Shown here piece by piece: positions 36,607 to 47,820 of a DNA stretch of 64,000 nt. The notes beneath the pieces were generated by a model, which was not told the origin of the DNA, searched no databases, and was given only the letters and a program-made list of their open reading frames with translations. The stretch covers positions 1 to 64,000 of the forward strand of contig JAUCBJ010000607.1 in assembly GCA_032718475.1 (NCBI GenBank). The letters are read 5' to 3'. The translations under genes and the position numbers were made by a program. Source of the DNA: Nemertoderma westbladi (Eukaryota; Animalia; Xenacoelomorpha). Positions within the stretch are counted from its first letter, which is position 1. Each line of letters starts with the position of its first letter.

Positions 36607-37631
36607 TACACTAACGCTTGCCGCTTGAAGTGGGATTTAAATTTTGTGTTGTATTTGCCATACGCCTCCTCGTATTTCTTCTGCGTCTTTAACTTAAAGT
36701 CCCAATTATACAACAAATGTGCTATAAAGCCCATACCAGTCTTGGCAGAGTTGGGATACTCCCTATAAATTCCAATATCCTGTGCCCATAGCAACAATAG
36801 CTTGGTGTCGACAAACGGTCTCGGCAATCTATCTTTCAAGTCAGTCATGGCGTTGAAGTCACTCTCCAAATCGCTCTGGACTCCTGATCCCACCTTGACG
36901 TAATCTTGGTTGAGAATAGCCTCTCTAACCTTCTTGGGTAGCATCCTGGCGTCGATACGCTCCGCTCCGTGCATACCTCCTCGCCTGCATACCTCCAAAA
37001 TCTGTTCCCTAGGATCCTTCCCTTTCCGATATTGTGTCGTTATGATGGGCTCCGGTCTCTCTCTATCCGCCCTCACGCGCATAAACACATGAGTCACACC
37101 ATCGGCTGCGTGAATTTGAATGCACTTGCTAGTCAAACATTCTCGATGGGACCCTCCTTCATTGTCATAGAACATCACCCTCCAATCTTGCAGTGATTCC
37201 TCCGTTTTCCTCCACTGACGCTGAATCTCGTCTGATGGGGTCCACATGCGCTCGATAGCCTTGTGGTCACCATATCGGGTGTAAGAACCCTTCCTCCTCA
37301 GCCACGTCTGGTCTACCTCCTCGTCGTCTGGGAATGTAGCCACCGCAACCCATACTTTGATGTACTTATCCAACCATCCAAACAATTTGCTCTCCTTCCC
37401 CGGAGCTCCAATCTTGTCCAATGTGTCATAATCTGTGATCTGCATTGGGACATCACGCAAGAACTTCGCGCATAAAACTTCCCGTAGACAGTCAACGTTC
37501 CAATGATCCGCCATTCTTACCATCGGCAAGAATCTTATCGCTTCTCGCAACTCCGGATGATCTACTAATATCGCAGGTTCGTTGCCGTCGGAATAATACA
37601 CCGGTCGGTTGAGATACGGCCTGTGGAACAA
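36534..37631 (-). CDS. Bel/Pao accessory ORF B: DEDDy-like 3'-5' exonuclease (WRN/EXD/Mut-7/RNase D family-like)
   Basis: ExoI-like VMFYDNEGG; CIQIH; ExoII-like LPKKVREAILNQDYVKVGSGVQSDL; FVDTKLL; GMGFIAHLL; an ExoIII-like W..P..QYYLVLE is completed across the frameshift into ORF C. Confidence 0.7.
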   Translation of the reverse strand: MFHRPYLNRPVYYSDGNEPAILVDHPELREAIRFLPMVRMADHWNVDCLREVLCAKFLRDVPMQITDYDTLDKIGAPGKESKLFGWLDKYIKVWVAVATFPDDEEVDQTWLRRKGSYTRYGDHKAIERMWTPSDEIQRQWRKTEESLQDWRVMFYDNEGGSHRECLTSKCIQIHAADGVTHVFMRVRADRERPEPIITTQYRKGKDPREQILEVCRRGGMHGAERIDARMLPKKVREAILNQDYVKVGSGVQSDLESDFNAMTDLKDRLPRPFVDTKLLLLWAQDIGIYREYPNSAKTGMGFIAHLLYNWDFKLKTQKKYEEAYGKYNTKFKSHFKRQALVYWNICAPPDPVRRYNIIWCLSRTR

Positions 37632-38616
37632 ATCCGGTCACTCTCCTAGTCTCCTCTTGATGTCTATCCGCGGTCTTATTATACTCCGCTATCCGTTTCT
37701 CGAATAACTCTTTCGCCTTCGCCGCTCGCTCCTCCTGCCGCAACGCGTCTATGTCGTCCTGATGCTCAGGAGTGAGGGTTCTCGCTCGGTGAGGTGAAGT
37801 AAACGCAGTCCAGGGACTCGAGAGCTCCAAACCCGCGGGTTTGGTACCCGAGTCCCGTGCCGCTTCGCGCCGCGCCTCTAGATCCCTATAGGCTCGGTAC
37901 AGCGAAATGGCCGCTGCTGTCTCTATCAAACTGGATGTCGAACAGGGTTTAATCTCCGTATACGGATCTAATGTCGTAACGGTCGGCGTAATGGGTCTCG
38001 GAGGTCGCTTTCCGCTAAAGTCGATACTGATCATCGGGTTGCTCATCAGGTAACCTCCCTCGTTGTATCTAAGGAACTGGTGAGCTTGACATCGCGTTAA
38101 TATCGGTTCTGGATGTTGCTCGTCTAGTTGGTCAGGAATCGCCACGTCTTGTTTGTTCATGCATTCACCACACTTGTAAAATAACTTGTACACGCTGAAG
38201 ATTTTCGGCGTCTCCTGATCCTCGCCTCGAGTCCTCCGGTACAAATGCATTCCGTCGAACTGATCGCGGACTGCAGGTAGAGGTTCTTCGTATCGTAAAT
38301 ACATATTCATGTGGTACAGCCGCGCGATCTCCTCATCCGGGTCTGCGCTGATGTCGCACACGTCTAAACCGAAGTCGTAGGGATACCGAGTGCGATACTC
38401 TTTCCGCAAAACTTCCATACGGTCCCCCAACGCTCTCATTCTTTCCCTCCGTAATTCCTTATCATACGTGGGTTTATATTTCCCATTTAGCTCCATCACC
38501 GACCTCCCATGGTAGTAAACGTTTGAATCTTTACATCCTGGTCGCGCGAATGGTAACTCCGCCTCCTCTCTGGCAGTAAATCCTCTGCGCGGTTGGGCTC
38601 TAATATCCTTCTCCAT
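37492..38616 (-). CDS. Bel/Pao accessory ORF A, unknown function
   Basis: 374 codons from the ATG at 38616; CGEC..C.AH may bind metal; overlaps ORF B in the +1 frame. Confidence 0.6.
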   Translation of the reverse strand: MEKDIRAQPRRGFTAREEAELPFARPGCKDSNVYYHGRSVMELNGKYKPTYDKELRRERMRALGDRMEVLRKEYRTRYPYDFGLDVCDISADPDEEIARLYHMNMYLRYEEPLPAVRDQFDGMHLYRRTRGEDQETPKIFSVYKLFYKCGECMNKQDVAIPDQLDEQHPEPILTRCQAHQFLRYNEGGYLMSNPMISIDFSGKRPPRPITPTVTTLDPYTEIKPCSTSSLIETAAAISLYRAYRDLEARREAARDSGTKPAGLELSSPWTAFTSPHRARTLTPEHQDDIDALRQEERAAKAKELFEKRIAEYNKTADRHQEETRRVTGFVPQAVSQPTGVLFRRQRTCDISRSSGVARSDKILADGKNGGSLER

Positions 38617-39368
38617 TATGCGCCGCGTATATACATATATATCCAATAAGTGCCGTTACGTAACCAATTACACTATGGGTAAATCAGTTGGATGTTGCCG
38701 AAAGACAGACCTCCCGAACCCCCCCTGCTGCCTTCCAGCAGTTCAGGTTCGACTCTAGATCCCGTCTCTTCCTAACTATCCTCTAACCTATTCCCATGCA
38801 TAGCGCAAAACTTTGGAGATAAACTGGCCGTGACCAACTCACTTTTTGATGCCCAAACTACTCCCATTACTCGTACTAAACTACAGTAGTTAGAAAGGAC
38901 CATAGTCTCAATGCTCGAGTATACCAAACCCACAGGTTTGATAATCGAATATCACACTTCACTGCAAACTACTGAGTGGGGTCCATGTACGCCTCTGGTG
39001 CTACTAACCTTTAGCACCCTAGTTGCACTGTTGGCACCAATCTGTGGAAGTTGCTAAACTCAATTTACACTCCTACGTAATATAGCCATCACCATGGTTT
39101 CTAAATGCTATTTTCCAGGCTTCACGACTTTTCAAATTACTGTTTATCTATAGACGAATTCTAAAACGCGTCTATACACAGCGTCTGGAATTGTCTTGGG
39201 TTCACTTCTAATTTTTTAAAAATTTTAAATTTTCCAAAAATTTTGAAAATAAAATTTTGTTTTGATACCCACTGGACAAAACTCAATGCAAATCACCACA
39301 ACCCCGCTCCTATGCATTTCCTTGTATTTGCATACGAGGAATGCATACGAAGTGAGTTGCGTCCAACA

Positions 39369-42300
39369 CTAATTCTGTTTTGAGGCAGGAGACAAATTAT
39401 AATCTCCCGTCTCGATACGTGTCTCCTCTAATAACACGATATCTTGGACCGGTCGGTCCAAGGTGTGTAAACCATTAGTTTTACACTTCTTTGGGTGCGG
39501 ACACTTGCACCTAATTTTCACAGTGACTGTGCGCACTATGTTTTGCGCGTCTGGGTGTATGTGCAAGATCACTCCAGTCTCCCAATACTTTCTCTTGACA
39601 ATCGGCTCGGTTATCAATACATAATCTCCCCTTTGGAGGCTCCGAACCGTTTTGTACCACTTTGTTCTGGTAGATATGGTGGGAAGATAGTATTCCCGCC
39701 AATATTCCCAGAATGTGTACGCCACTAATTGTGTCACCTTCCAGCTTTTACGACTATATAGGTCGGCACTAATGCGTTCTGATGCCGGCACAAGAAATGC
39801 TGGACTCTGCATTAGCAAATGATTCGGCGTTAATGCAACACCGTCTGGCAACATAGCTATCGGCCTCGAGTTTAGGGTATGCTCGATTTCGATGAAAGCT
39901 GTGACCAGCTCGTCGTCGGTAAGTTGTTTGTTTACAGGCAACGTCTTGGCAATGGCCTGCTTTACAGAACGTACCAAACGCTCCCAACTTCCTCCTCTCC
40001 AAGGACTTTCTGGAGTATTAAATCTCCACTCTACTCTTTGCGGCAAAAGTGCTGCAGAAATTTCCTTATTCTGTGCCGCCTTATGAGCCGCGTTCAACTC
40101 GCTATTCCCCCCGACAAAGTTTGTACCCTTGTCAGAGTAGAACACCTTTACTAGTCCTCTCCTGGCCATAAATCTCTTTAAGGCCAGGAGCAGAGATTTG
40201 GTCGACATGTCTGCCACCCGCTCAATGTGTATGGCTCTACTAGCCATGCATGTCAGTAGCAGACCCCATCGCTTGTGGGTCAGCCATCCACTCTTTGCCT
40301 CAATCGGACCAAAACAGTCCACCCCTGTGTTCGTAAAGGGTGGGTCATATGCCTGCACTCTCGCTTCCGGGAGTTCAGCCATCTCCTGTTCCAATACTCT
40401 GGCGTTCACCCTCTTGCAAACCAGACAGGCGTCATACATTGTGCCGACTGCCCTGCTTGGCTGCAATAGAATGAATCGCTGTCTCGCTGCCGACAAACAG
40501 TGTAATTTTCCCGCGTGATGCAACCTCTTGTGTATATCCCATAGAATCGCTCTTTGCAATTCTATTGGGTGACTAGGGATTATCACTGGGAACCTAAACT
40601 GTGAGTTTATGTCGACAGTCTGGATTCTCGATCTATGACAAATTAAACCCTTATGGATTAATGGACTCCATTTTCTAAGGGGTTTATAGAGAACTGGTCG
40701 CTGAGCCGATAATAGATGGAATTCTTTAGGGAAGGCACACATTTGATAATGCTTCAAATGCTTTAATTCCGCTTGATCAATCTCATCCTCTGTCAGAGGT
40801 TGTTTCAATTTCTGAATTCGCTCACTATTAGCGCTCGTTCGTTCTCCTAAATGTTCCGAATGTTTTATACAAAGGTACGAAACGTATCGGCTTAACCACG
40901 CAGTTCTTTTACAAATTGTCAGCCAAGAGGCAGACGAATTTAGTAATTTGTCAAAAATACTACATGGCTCTAATGTCAGCGACGGTTGTCCGCTAACTAA
41001 CGGAAGTTTCGAATCCAAACCCGCAGGTTTGGAAACCAAAGGATCCATTTTGTCGGTCATTTTCTGTCCGTCACTTACCAATTGTGACTCTGGTTTAGTC
41101 TGTAAGGGTGGTTTTATGTCATAACTTACCCTTCCGGACCTAGTAGTCACGTAAGTCTGTTGGTCTGACAGGTCTCCGGGCCGCTCCAATGACTCTTCAG
41201 GCCGCTCCAATGACTCTTCAGGCTGCTCCAATGACTCTTCAGGCCGCTCCAATGACTTAAGTTTGGCTTTAGACTTTGACTTAGAGACTTTCTCCACCTT
41301 GACTTCTGCATCTTCAGGCATCGGATTGGTCACTATCTTTAGTCGCTCTGGCCAATGTTCCTGTGTCTTCGTTAGAAAATCAGGTCCATGCAACCAAAAC
41401 TCCTGCGACTCTTCCTGACAGAATTCCGCCGGCATTGCACCTCTCGAAGTTATGTCGGCCGGGTTTAACACTCCCGGACAATGTCTCCATTGTTCCTTCG
41501 TCGAAAAGTCAACGATCTGAGCGCGTCTATTGGCCACAAATGTCTTTAGTGCAATATTGTCGGCCGCAATGTATACTAACACCAAGGATGCGTCCGTCCA
41601 ATAGAATAAGGTCAATGTCGTGTCTAACTCCTCAGTTATCTGCTTACTTACCTCGACTGAAACTACAGCCGCCTGTAACTCTGCACGAGGGACAGTCATG
41701 TATTTGACCGGCATTGTCTTTGATCTAGAAGTCACAAAAGCCATCTCAAATTTGTCCTGACTTACCTCTCGGCGAAGGTAGGCTACCATACCAAAGCCGG
41801 TGTCACTTGCGTCACTAAATAAGTGGAGTTCGAGATCAGCTGGGAATACCAGCTGATTCGGAAAGTAGGAACGGGGTAAATCTATATTTTTCAATAGATG
41901 TAACTCGGCTTCCCACTCCCTCCACTGCTTTGCATGTATAGGAGATATTGGTTCGTCCCACTCTAGGTCGGACAACCAAATTTTCCTCATGCACGCTCGT
42001 GCCTGTAATATTACCGGACTGATAAAGTTCCTCGGGTCAAATAGTCTACTTAATGTCGATAAGCAAATTCTCTTAGTCAAAACTTTGTCTGGGCTACTGG
42101 GCTCAAACCTAACTCTTACCTGGAACTTATCCGTATTCGGATTCCAAGCGAGTCCCAGTACTCGCGCCATGGGGATTGGTTCTACCCCCAATTCTATGTC
42201 TCCGCTCCCACGATCTTTTACCGGGAACGATTCTAATAGGGCCTCCGAGTTCGTAGTGAACTTGGTTAGAGGAAAACCCCCTGTAGCCAAGCACTCCTGT

Positions 42301-44942
42301 AGGCCGTGAGCCACTTCTATGGCTTGTTCCGCCATGTCCTTGGACACCAATCCGTCGTCCATATAGAAGTTTCTCAAGATGGACTCGATGACTTCTACTG
42401 GATACTTACCAATTTGGGCTGTTGCCGTTTTCTTTAAAACAAACAGCGTGCCATTTGGACTATTGCGGGCGCCAAATATCCTAACGTACATCTGGTATGT
42501 AACCACTGGGCCGGATAAGTCTTCATTCTCATACCAGAGAAAGCGAAGGCTATCCTGGTCTGCCTTACAGGCTCCTACCTGGTGGAACATCGCCTCGATG
42601 TCACAAGTAAATGCGAATCGCCGCTGTCTAAAACGCAACAGTATTCCAATCAAATAATTGTTCAGGTTGGGACCATCCATCAACTCTGAATTCAGGGACA
42701 TACCTCTATAGACTGCTGCGCAGTCGTTGACTACTCGGACTTTGTCTGGTTTGTCAGGGTGAGTCACATAGTGGTGTGGAAGGTAATAAGTCTGGTCTGT
42801 CACTAAGTCAAGGTCCTCTACCTTCCCAGCAAATCCCTTGGCAAAATAGTTGTTGATCTGGGCGCAATACTTCTCCCTAATGTCCGGATTCTTCAACAAC
42901 CGAGCCCTTACTCCGTTCAATCTTTTCAAGGCTAAGCTGTAGTTGTTCTCCAACTTAGGTGGTTGTCGACGCCACAACATTCCAACTTCAAAATGTCCAG
43001 TCGGTAGTAGACGTATGGTGTCTTCCATCATCTCCAGCGACCGTTTTTCGTCAGTGGACATGGCTAGGTCATATCCACCGGGTTCCATTGCGTCCCTGTC
43101 CAGCCATTCGACGGTTCTGGCTCCTGTCTCGAGGTCCTGGCGTATCAATTCCTTCTGTAATTCCTCCTCACTGTATTGGAAAATGTCGAGGTCTCGATAT
43201 TTAGCCACTTGACCCTCCACTATATCGGTATAAGTCAAAACGTTACTCAAATAGGTAGCGTGGGCCGCTGAACCAGACCCACGGGTCTGATAACAGTAGT
43301 CCTCGGGTTCACTATCTGTCCGGTCGTTGTGAAGTGGTTCTGACAACCTAACATTATCGGGAATCAACTCCTCGTCCGACTCGCTAAAGTCACTATAATG
43401 GTCAATACAGGTTCTCCTAAACTCGTCTATGTCTGGTGGTTCTACTAACGGTGGTTGAGTTATAGGCTGTAATTCGTCGTATCTATCCATTGGCTTGTCA
43501 CCACCTGTAAACTCATAAGACATGGGTACTCGTGTATACCAACCTAATATAGTCCTATGGGCATGTGGTCCATTGACATGCGGCTCAGCTGGTCTCGTTT
43601 CCCATATTTGGTGTGCGATCAGCTGTTCTGCACCAATTAACATAGAAACATTCCTATAACCTACCTGATGTCTGGGTATTCTGAGCTTGTCAAAATACTC
43701 CTGTGCTATGGGACTCATCGGCGGCACCTTACCTAACTGCCTGCCGAATCCCTTCATAGCTAGACACTTAAATCCGTCCAATGGCAAAGCTTTCCGTTCT
43801 TGTCGAGTGTGTTGGTCTCTCGGAAGTAGGGAGTCTAGTTCTACAGATATCCTGTGTCCCTTGAGGTCTCCTACCCCATGCATAGACTTCAACTCTATTT
43901 GGATCTCCTCGGTGTCCTGGAAGCTAGAAACAGCTCTCGCCACTTCCTCGTCGATGTATGATAATGTGGACGCAGTGTCCAACATTACATATATTCGCTT
44001 CGATCCCTTATCTCCAGTAAGTTTCACCGGAATCACGCTAAATATTTCCGATGTGGCCGATGATAAATACGTCCGCGCGCTGGTCGATGAACTATCCGCG
44101 GTGAAACCTTGGCAGGTCACTTCTCTCGCGCTCGACTCGCCATCCTCATCCGACGAACCTGGTTGATAACCATCGTCCTGGATGCCAGTGTACGTATTCC
44201 TCCTTATCGATACGGGTTCTTTGCTCCCCTTCCTGTGAGGATTTCGCTGTAAGTAACGGTCCGTTGGGGTGTGGAAATCTGCATGTAGCAACTTGTGATG
44301 TAGTCTGCCGCATTCCATGCATCCGTCCTTGCTGTTCGGGCACTGCCGCCGTACATGACCTGGCGCAAGACATGCCCAACAGGTGTCCAACGTCCGCACT
44401 TGAACTCTTCTCTGTTCTGAATTTAATTCTTTGAACCGTCTGCAACTATCTAACTTATGGTCGTCAGATCTTACCTCCTTTAGTAAACAGTATTGGCAAC
44501 CTACAAATCCATCCGGCAACTCCTGTTGCTTTAACCTAGGTCTATCTAACCGCTCACCTGACCATACTCGCGAGTCTGATCTAAAGGCTGGGGTACTCAA
44601 ATGATAACTGTCTACTGAGTTAAATGTCACAGTGGTCCTATCATCGTCAAAACTTACCATAGACTTACCGGTAACAGGTTTAGACTCTCTCATATTCTCC
44701 TCTGAGAAGTTTGATTTCATCTCTGCTACTGCGTCTGTGGCTATCATGTCATGAATATGCTGAAGTGTCAATACTTTACCTTGGCCTTCCAACTTATTCT
44801 CTAATTTGCGCCATTTCTGTCGGTAACGCATGTTTAGACGTCTTATTACGCTCTTTAAAACTTCGGCGTGATCACCATGATGAGGTAGATTCACCGTCCT
44901 CAAGATGTCCAATGCGTTCGAAATAGCGTTCGCTAAGTTCAA
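39369..44942 (-). CDS. pol: Bel/Pao polyprotein: Gag C-terminus, protease, RT, RNase H, integrase
   Basis: Pao-type knuckles CWACLAPGHVRRQC and CMECGRLHHKLLH; protease MLDTAS; RT YYLPHH, KVRVVND, DIEAMFHQV, NFYMDD; RNase H HLFSDAS, TVPRAELQAA; integrase GVDCFGP, SDKGTNF, GGSWERLV. Confidence 0.93.
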   Translation of the reverse strand: MNLANAISNALDILRTVNLPHHGDHAEVLKSVIRRLNMRYRQKWRKLENKLEGQGKVLTLQHIHDMIATDAVAEMKSNFSEENMRESKPVTGKSMVSFDDDRTTVTFNSVDSYHLSTPAFRSDSRVWSGERLDRPRLKQQELPDGFVGCQYCLLKEVRSDDHKLDSCRRFKELNSEQRRVQVRTLDTCWACLAPGHVRRQCPNSKDGCMECGRLHHKLLHADFHTPTDRYLQRNPHRKGSKEPVSIRRNTYTGIQDDGYQPGSSDEDGESSAREVTCQGFTADSSSTSARTYLSSATSEIFSVIPVKLTGDKGSKRIYVMLDTASTLSYIDEEVARAVSSFQDTEEIQIELKSMHGVGDLKGHRISVELDSLLPRDQHTRQERKALPLDGFKCLAMKGFGRQLGKVPPMSPIAQEYFDKLRIPRHQVGYRNVSMLIGAEQLIAHQIWETRPAEPHVNGPHAHRTILGWYTRVPMSYEFTGGDKPMDRYDELQPITQPPLVEPPDIDEFRRTCIDHYSDFSESDEELIPDNVRLSEPLHNDRTDSEPEDYCYQTRGSGSAAHATYLSNVLTYTDIVEGQVAKYRDLDIFQYSEEELQKELIRQDLETGARTVEWLDRDAMEPGGYDLAMSTDEKRSLEMMEDTIRLLPTGHFEVGMLWRRQPPKLENNYSLALKRLNGVRARLLKNPDIREKYCAQINNYFAKGFAGKVEDLDLVTDQTYYLPHHYVTHPDKPDKVRVVNDCAAVYRGMSLNSELMDGPNLNNYLIGILLRFRQRRFAFTCDIEAMFHQVGACKADQDSLRFLWYENEDLSGPVVTYQMYVRIFGARNSPNGTLFVLKKTATAQIGKYPVEVIESILRNFYMDDGLVSKDMAEQAIEVAHGLQECLATGGFPLTKFTTNSEALLESFPVKDRGSGDIELGVEPIPMARVLGLAWNPNTDKFQVRVRFEPSSPDKVLTKRICLSTLSRLFDPRNFISPVILQARACMRKIWLSDLEWDEPISPIHAKQWREWEAELHLLKNIDLPRSYFPNQLVFPADLELHLFSDASDTGFGMVAYLRREVSQDKFEMAFVTSRSKTMPVKYMTVPRAELQAAVVSVEVSKQITEELDTTLTLFYWTDASLVLVYIAADNIALKTFVANRRAQIVDFSTKEQWRHCPGVLNPADITSRGAMPAEFCQEESQEFWLHGPDFLTKTQEHWPERLKIVTNPMPEDAEVKVEKVSKSKSKAKLKSLERPEESLEQPEESLERPEESLERPGDLSDQQTYVTTRSGRVSYDIKPPLQTKPESQLVSDGQKMTDKMDPLVSKPAGLDSKLPLVSGQPSLTLEPCSIFDKLLNSSASWLTICKRTAWLSRYVSYLCIKHSEHLGERTSANSERIQKLKQPLTEDEIDQAELKHLKHYQMCAFPKEFHLLSAQRPVLYKPLRKWSPLIHKGLICHRSRIQTVDINSQFRFPVIIPSHPIELQRAILWDIHKRLHHAGKLHCLSAARQRFILLQPSRAVGTMYDACLVCKRVNARVLEQEMAELPEARVQAYDPPFTNTGVDCFGPIEAKSGWLTHKRWGLLLTCMASRAIHIERVADMSTKSLLLALKRFMARRGLVKVFYSDKGTNFVGGNSELNAAHKAAQNKEISAALLPQRVEWRFNTPESPWRGGSWERLVRSVKQAIAKTLPVNKQLTDDELVTAFIEIEHTLNSRPIAMLPDGVALTPNHLLMQSPAFLVPASERISADLYSRKSWKVTQLVAYTFWEYWREYYLPTISTRTKWYKTVRSLQRGDYVLITEPIVKRKYWETGVILHIHPDAQNIVRTVTVKIRCKCPHPKKCKTNGLHTLDRPVQDIVLLEETRIETGDYNLSPASKQN

Positions 44943-44947
44943 CAGCT

Positions 44948-47422
44948 CTAACGGAGTTGTATCCTTCCGCCCTTACCCAAGTCTTCCACTATCGACTGTG
45001 CCATCTTGGTTTTATTCCCGTAGATGTCGCTAAGCGTCTTCATTGCTAACTCGAATGCTCTTTCATTGCCGACGAAGTTGTCAGCAATGGCTCTAGGTTC
45101 TCGATGGAGCATTTGAAGCAAATAGTTGAACTTCTCGTTGGGAGTAAAGGTGCTGTTGGTTAGCTGCTCGTCGACATAGGTTTTAAACATCCTCCAGTGC
45201 TTATGGTTGCCCATAAACTTCTGGGGTTGTTGCGTCGGCAGTCCTTGCCTAGCAGCAAACTTACCTATGTCTCTAAGGGTTGCGTCGTTCCGGGTTAACA
45301 AATGGTTTAGTTCTGCAGGGTTGTTAAGTCTGGTCCTTTCCCGGGGATTAAAACTTACCTGCTCCGCGTCCGTCCTTCTTTCCTTATAGTTTCGGGACTT
45401 CTGACGTCTCATGTCTTCCTCTTCATCGCTTGACTCAGTGTCAGTCCTTAGCGCTCGTGTTGGTTTGCGCGCCGAGGCCCTGACCCAAGCATCTTGTATA
45501 AATTTCTCGGCTGAGTTTTCAAAATTGGGATTATGAATATTCGGGACAGGCATCCTTACCTGAGGTCTATGTGGTATAGTTTCCTCCGATATGCGTACTC
45601 GTTGACTAGGTTGGACTTTATCTAACTCAGGCCTGCTAGGATTAGAATTACTTCTTACCTGGGCTGCTTCCTTTAACCGTAGGTTGCTAAGCATGTCCGT
45701 TATAGGTTGGATGTGCGGCGATATAGCTTGCGCTAGACTAGCACTCAACTCATCCCTCGTAATAAATTCCTGGCTAGGGTTCTGTTGTATAGTCGGCTCT
45801 ATCTGAGTAATCCGCTGTCTTTCATATGATCCCTCCTCCGGTTTAACCCGGAAGTTCTTCCTAGTCCGTTCTTCGCTCTCTAAACTTAATCTCGCACTTT
45901 CCAACTGCGCCAGTTTACGTTCTTCTTCTTCCCTCGCTCGTCTCGCTGCGCTCTCTTCTTCCACACGCGCCTTTTCTTCATACAATGCCCGTCGCTCCTT
46001 CTCGCGCTCAAGTTTGCGCTCCTTGCGCTCGCGTTCGAGTTGGAATTCGCGTCTTCTTTGCTCGCATTCCTTAGCTTCCCGTTCGCGTTCGCGTTGAAGT
46101 TGGAGTTCGCGTTCTTCGCGTTCGCGTTGAAGTTGGAGTTCGCGTTCTTCGCATTCGCGTTGAAGTTGGAGTTCGCGTTCTTCGCATTCGCGTTGAAGTT
46201 GGAGTTCGCGTTCTTCGCGTTCGCGTTGAAGTTGGAGTTCTCGTTCCTTCTGTTCGCGTTCCGCTTGTTCACGCTTACCTTTATCTTCCAACTCTCGCAA
46301 CTTCGCGTCTAACTTACGTGTGCGCTCCCGTTCCCGCTCGGCTTCCTTCCGTGCTTCCGATGCACGCAAAACTTCCGCCTGTTGTTCGTCCAGTCGGCGT
46401 CTTCTCTCCTCCGCCGAGTTGTGAGAAACAAGGGATCTAGCACATATAACCTTACCTCGCGCGTGACTCACCTGGGAATCGCCACTGTCTCTAGATGCAT
46501 CATCGGGTAGAGTTAGCGTTCTCTGTTGGATGTTCTCCGTCGTCGGTAGCACCTGGCCCGGTACCACCACTCCACTCTGCATTAGCCAGCTAGTAACTTC
46601 CCTCTGATACCTGCGCTCCTCCTTATCTTGGATCTCTTCTCGCTCCACTAAGTCTCTCAACTCTGCGTCACTCACCTGAGTTGCCTGCGCTTGTGATGCC
46701 CATAGCAGCCAGTTCTCCGTCCTAACTCGTCGAAATTGCTCCGATAACTCGCGGTGCTCCAACAAGGCTGCTAAAACCCTGTCGTAAATCCTCGTCGCCA
46801 CGTCGCTCGACTGAGACTCTACTGCCTTCTTCGCTAGGACTGCAAGCTCCTCCGTCTGCTTGAATAACGCTGAGTTATATCCTCTTCTAATCTCTACTAA
46901 TCCTTCCCTTCCGATGTTCGCTGAGTCGGCTAACATCTTCCTTACCTTGTCCGTCGTCCGAGTTATATGTCCGGCGTGCGCGCGAATTTTCTTCTTTATC
47001 GCAATATATAGTTCTCTTTCGCTTACCTGACTTACACTTGGTGGACTTGAAGGATTATTTCGGGAACTACGGGTACTTCTAACAGCCGCTGGGACCATGG
47101 CACTTACCATACCCACAGGTCTGGAAACCGGGCTCCGGGCTCTCGCTTCTGCTACACTACCCTCCCTATCACTCACCTCTGTCCGGGCTGCTGTGCAGTC
47201 CTTCCTTACAGTAGCGGTAGGGGATCCTAATACTATTACTGGAGGTTGTTGTTCTTCCTCACTAGTTACTGTCTCGTCCTCCTGTTCACTTACGTCAGCG
47301 TCACTCGCTGCGTCGTCATAGTTGGCATTGTCGTCAACAGTAATATTAACGCTATCGTCAGTCGGCGGTCCTGCCGCCATCTCATAGCTGTCCTCTAGTG
47401 CCTCCTTCTCTGAGGCACTCAT
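44948..47422 (-). CDS. gag: Bel/Pao Gag N-terminal part (long coiled coil and start of capsid-like domain); joined to pol by a -1 shift near 44965
   Basis: KFMGNHKHWRMFK..EKFNYLLQML..AMKTLSDIYGN is typical of Pao Gag; internal 33-bp RELQLQREREE repeats at ~46085-46245. Confidence 0.85.
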   Translation of the reverse strand: MSASEKEALEDSYEMAAGPPTDDSVNITVDDNANYDDAASDADVSEQEDETVTSEEEQQPPVIVLGSPTATVRKDCTAARTEVSDREGSVAEARARSPVSRPVGMVSAMVPAAVRSTRSSRNNPSSPPSVSQVSERELYIAIKKKIRAHAGHITRTTDKVRKMLADSANIGREGLVEIRRGYNSALFKQTEELAVLAKKAVESQSSDVATRIYDRVLAALLEHRELSEQFRRVRTENWLLWASQAQATQVSDAELRDLVEREEIQDKEERRYQREVTSWLMQSGVVVPGQVLPTTENIQQRTLTLPDDASRDSGDSQVSHARGKVICARSLVSHNSAEERRRRLDEQQAEVLRASEARKEAERERERTRKLDAKLRELEDKGKREQAEREQKERELQLQREREERELQLQRECEERELQLQRECEERELQLQREREERELQLQREREREAKECEQRRREFQLERERKERKLEREKERRALYEEKARVEEESAARRAREEEERKLAQLESARLSLESEERTRKNFRVKPEEGSYERQRITQIEPTIQQNPSQEFITRDELSASLAQAISPHIQPITDMLSNLRLKEAAQVRSNSNPSRPELDKVQPSQRVRISEETIPHRPQVRMPVPNIHNPNFENSAEKFIQDAWVRASARKPTRALRTDTESSDEEEDMRRQKSRNYKERRTDAEQVSFNPRERTRLNNPAELNHLLTRNDATLRDIGKFAARQGLPTQQPQKFMGNHKHWRMFKTYVDEQLTNSTFTPNEKFNYLLQMLHREPRAIADNFVGNERAFELAMKTLSDIYGNKTKMAQSIVEDLGKGGRIQLR

Positions 47423-47819
47423 AGTCTAAATAATATTTGCCTTCCGGCAAAATATCTCGCAAAAGTTCGAGATATATATATAATTTAATCGAAAATACGA
47501 TTAAATTATTGTCAAATATCCAATTGTCCAAAATGTCAAAATAAATTCGCAATGCAATATTGTGAATTTAATAAGATATAGTTATAGCAAATACCGGTAT
47601 AATATTTAAACAAAAATATTATTATATAGCTATTATATAGCATTTAAATACCGGTATGACACAAAAATAATTTCTGAATCTAATTCAAAATATTCAAAAA
47701 TGAATTTGCCACCCAAATATTTCTAACTTTATATATATATAGCTCAAAATCAATGTAATTTTATTTTTAAATATTATTTCTATATCCACTAGCGCGTGGC
47801 TACACCTTCAGGTTGCGAC

Positions 47820-47820
47820 A

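Noticed and set aside
34927-38646. Accessory ORFs as a retroviral-like env gene
   Set aside because: No evident signal peptide, fusion peptide or TM anchor; the motifs indicate a nuclease and nucleic-acid binding
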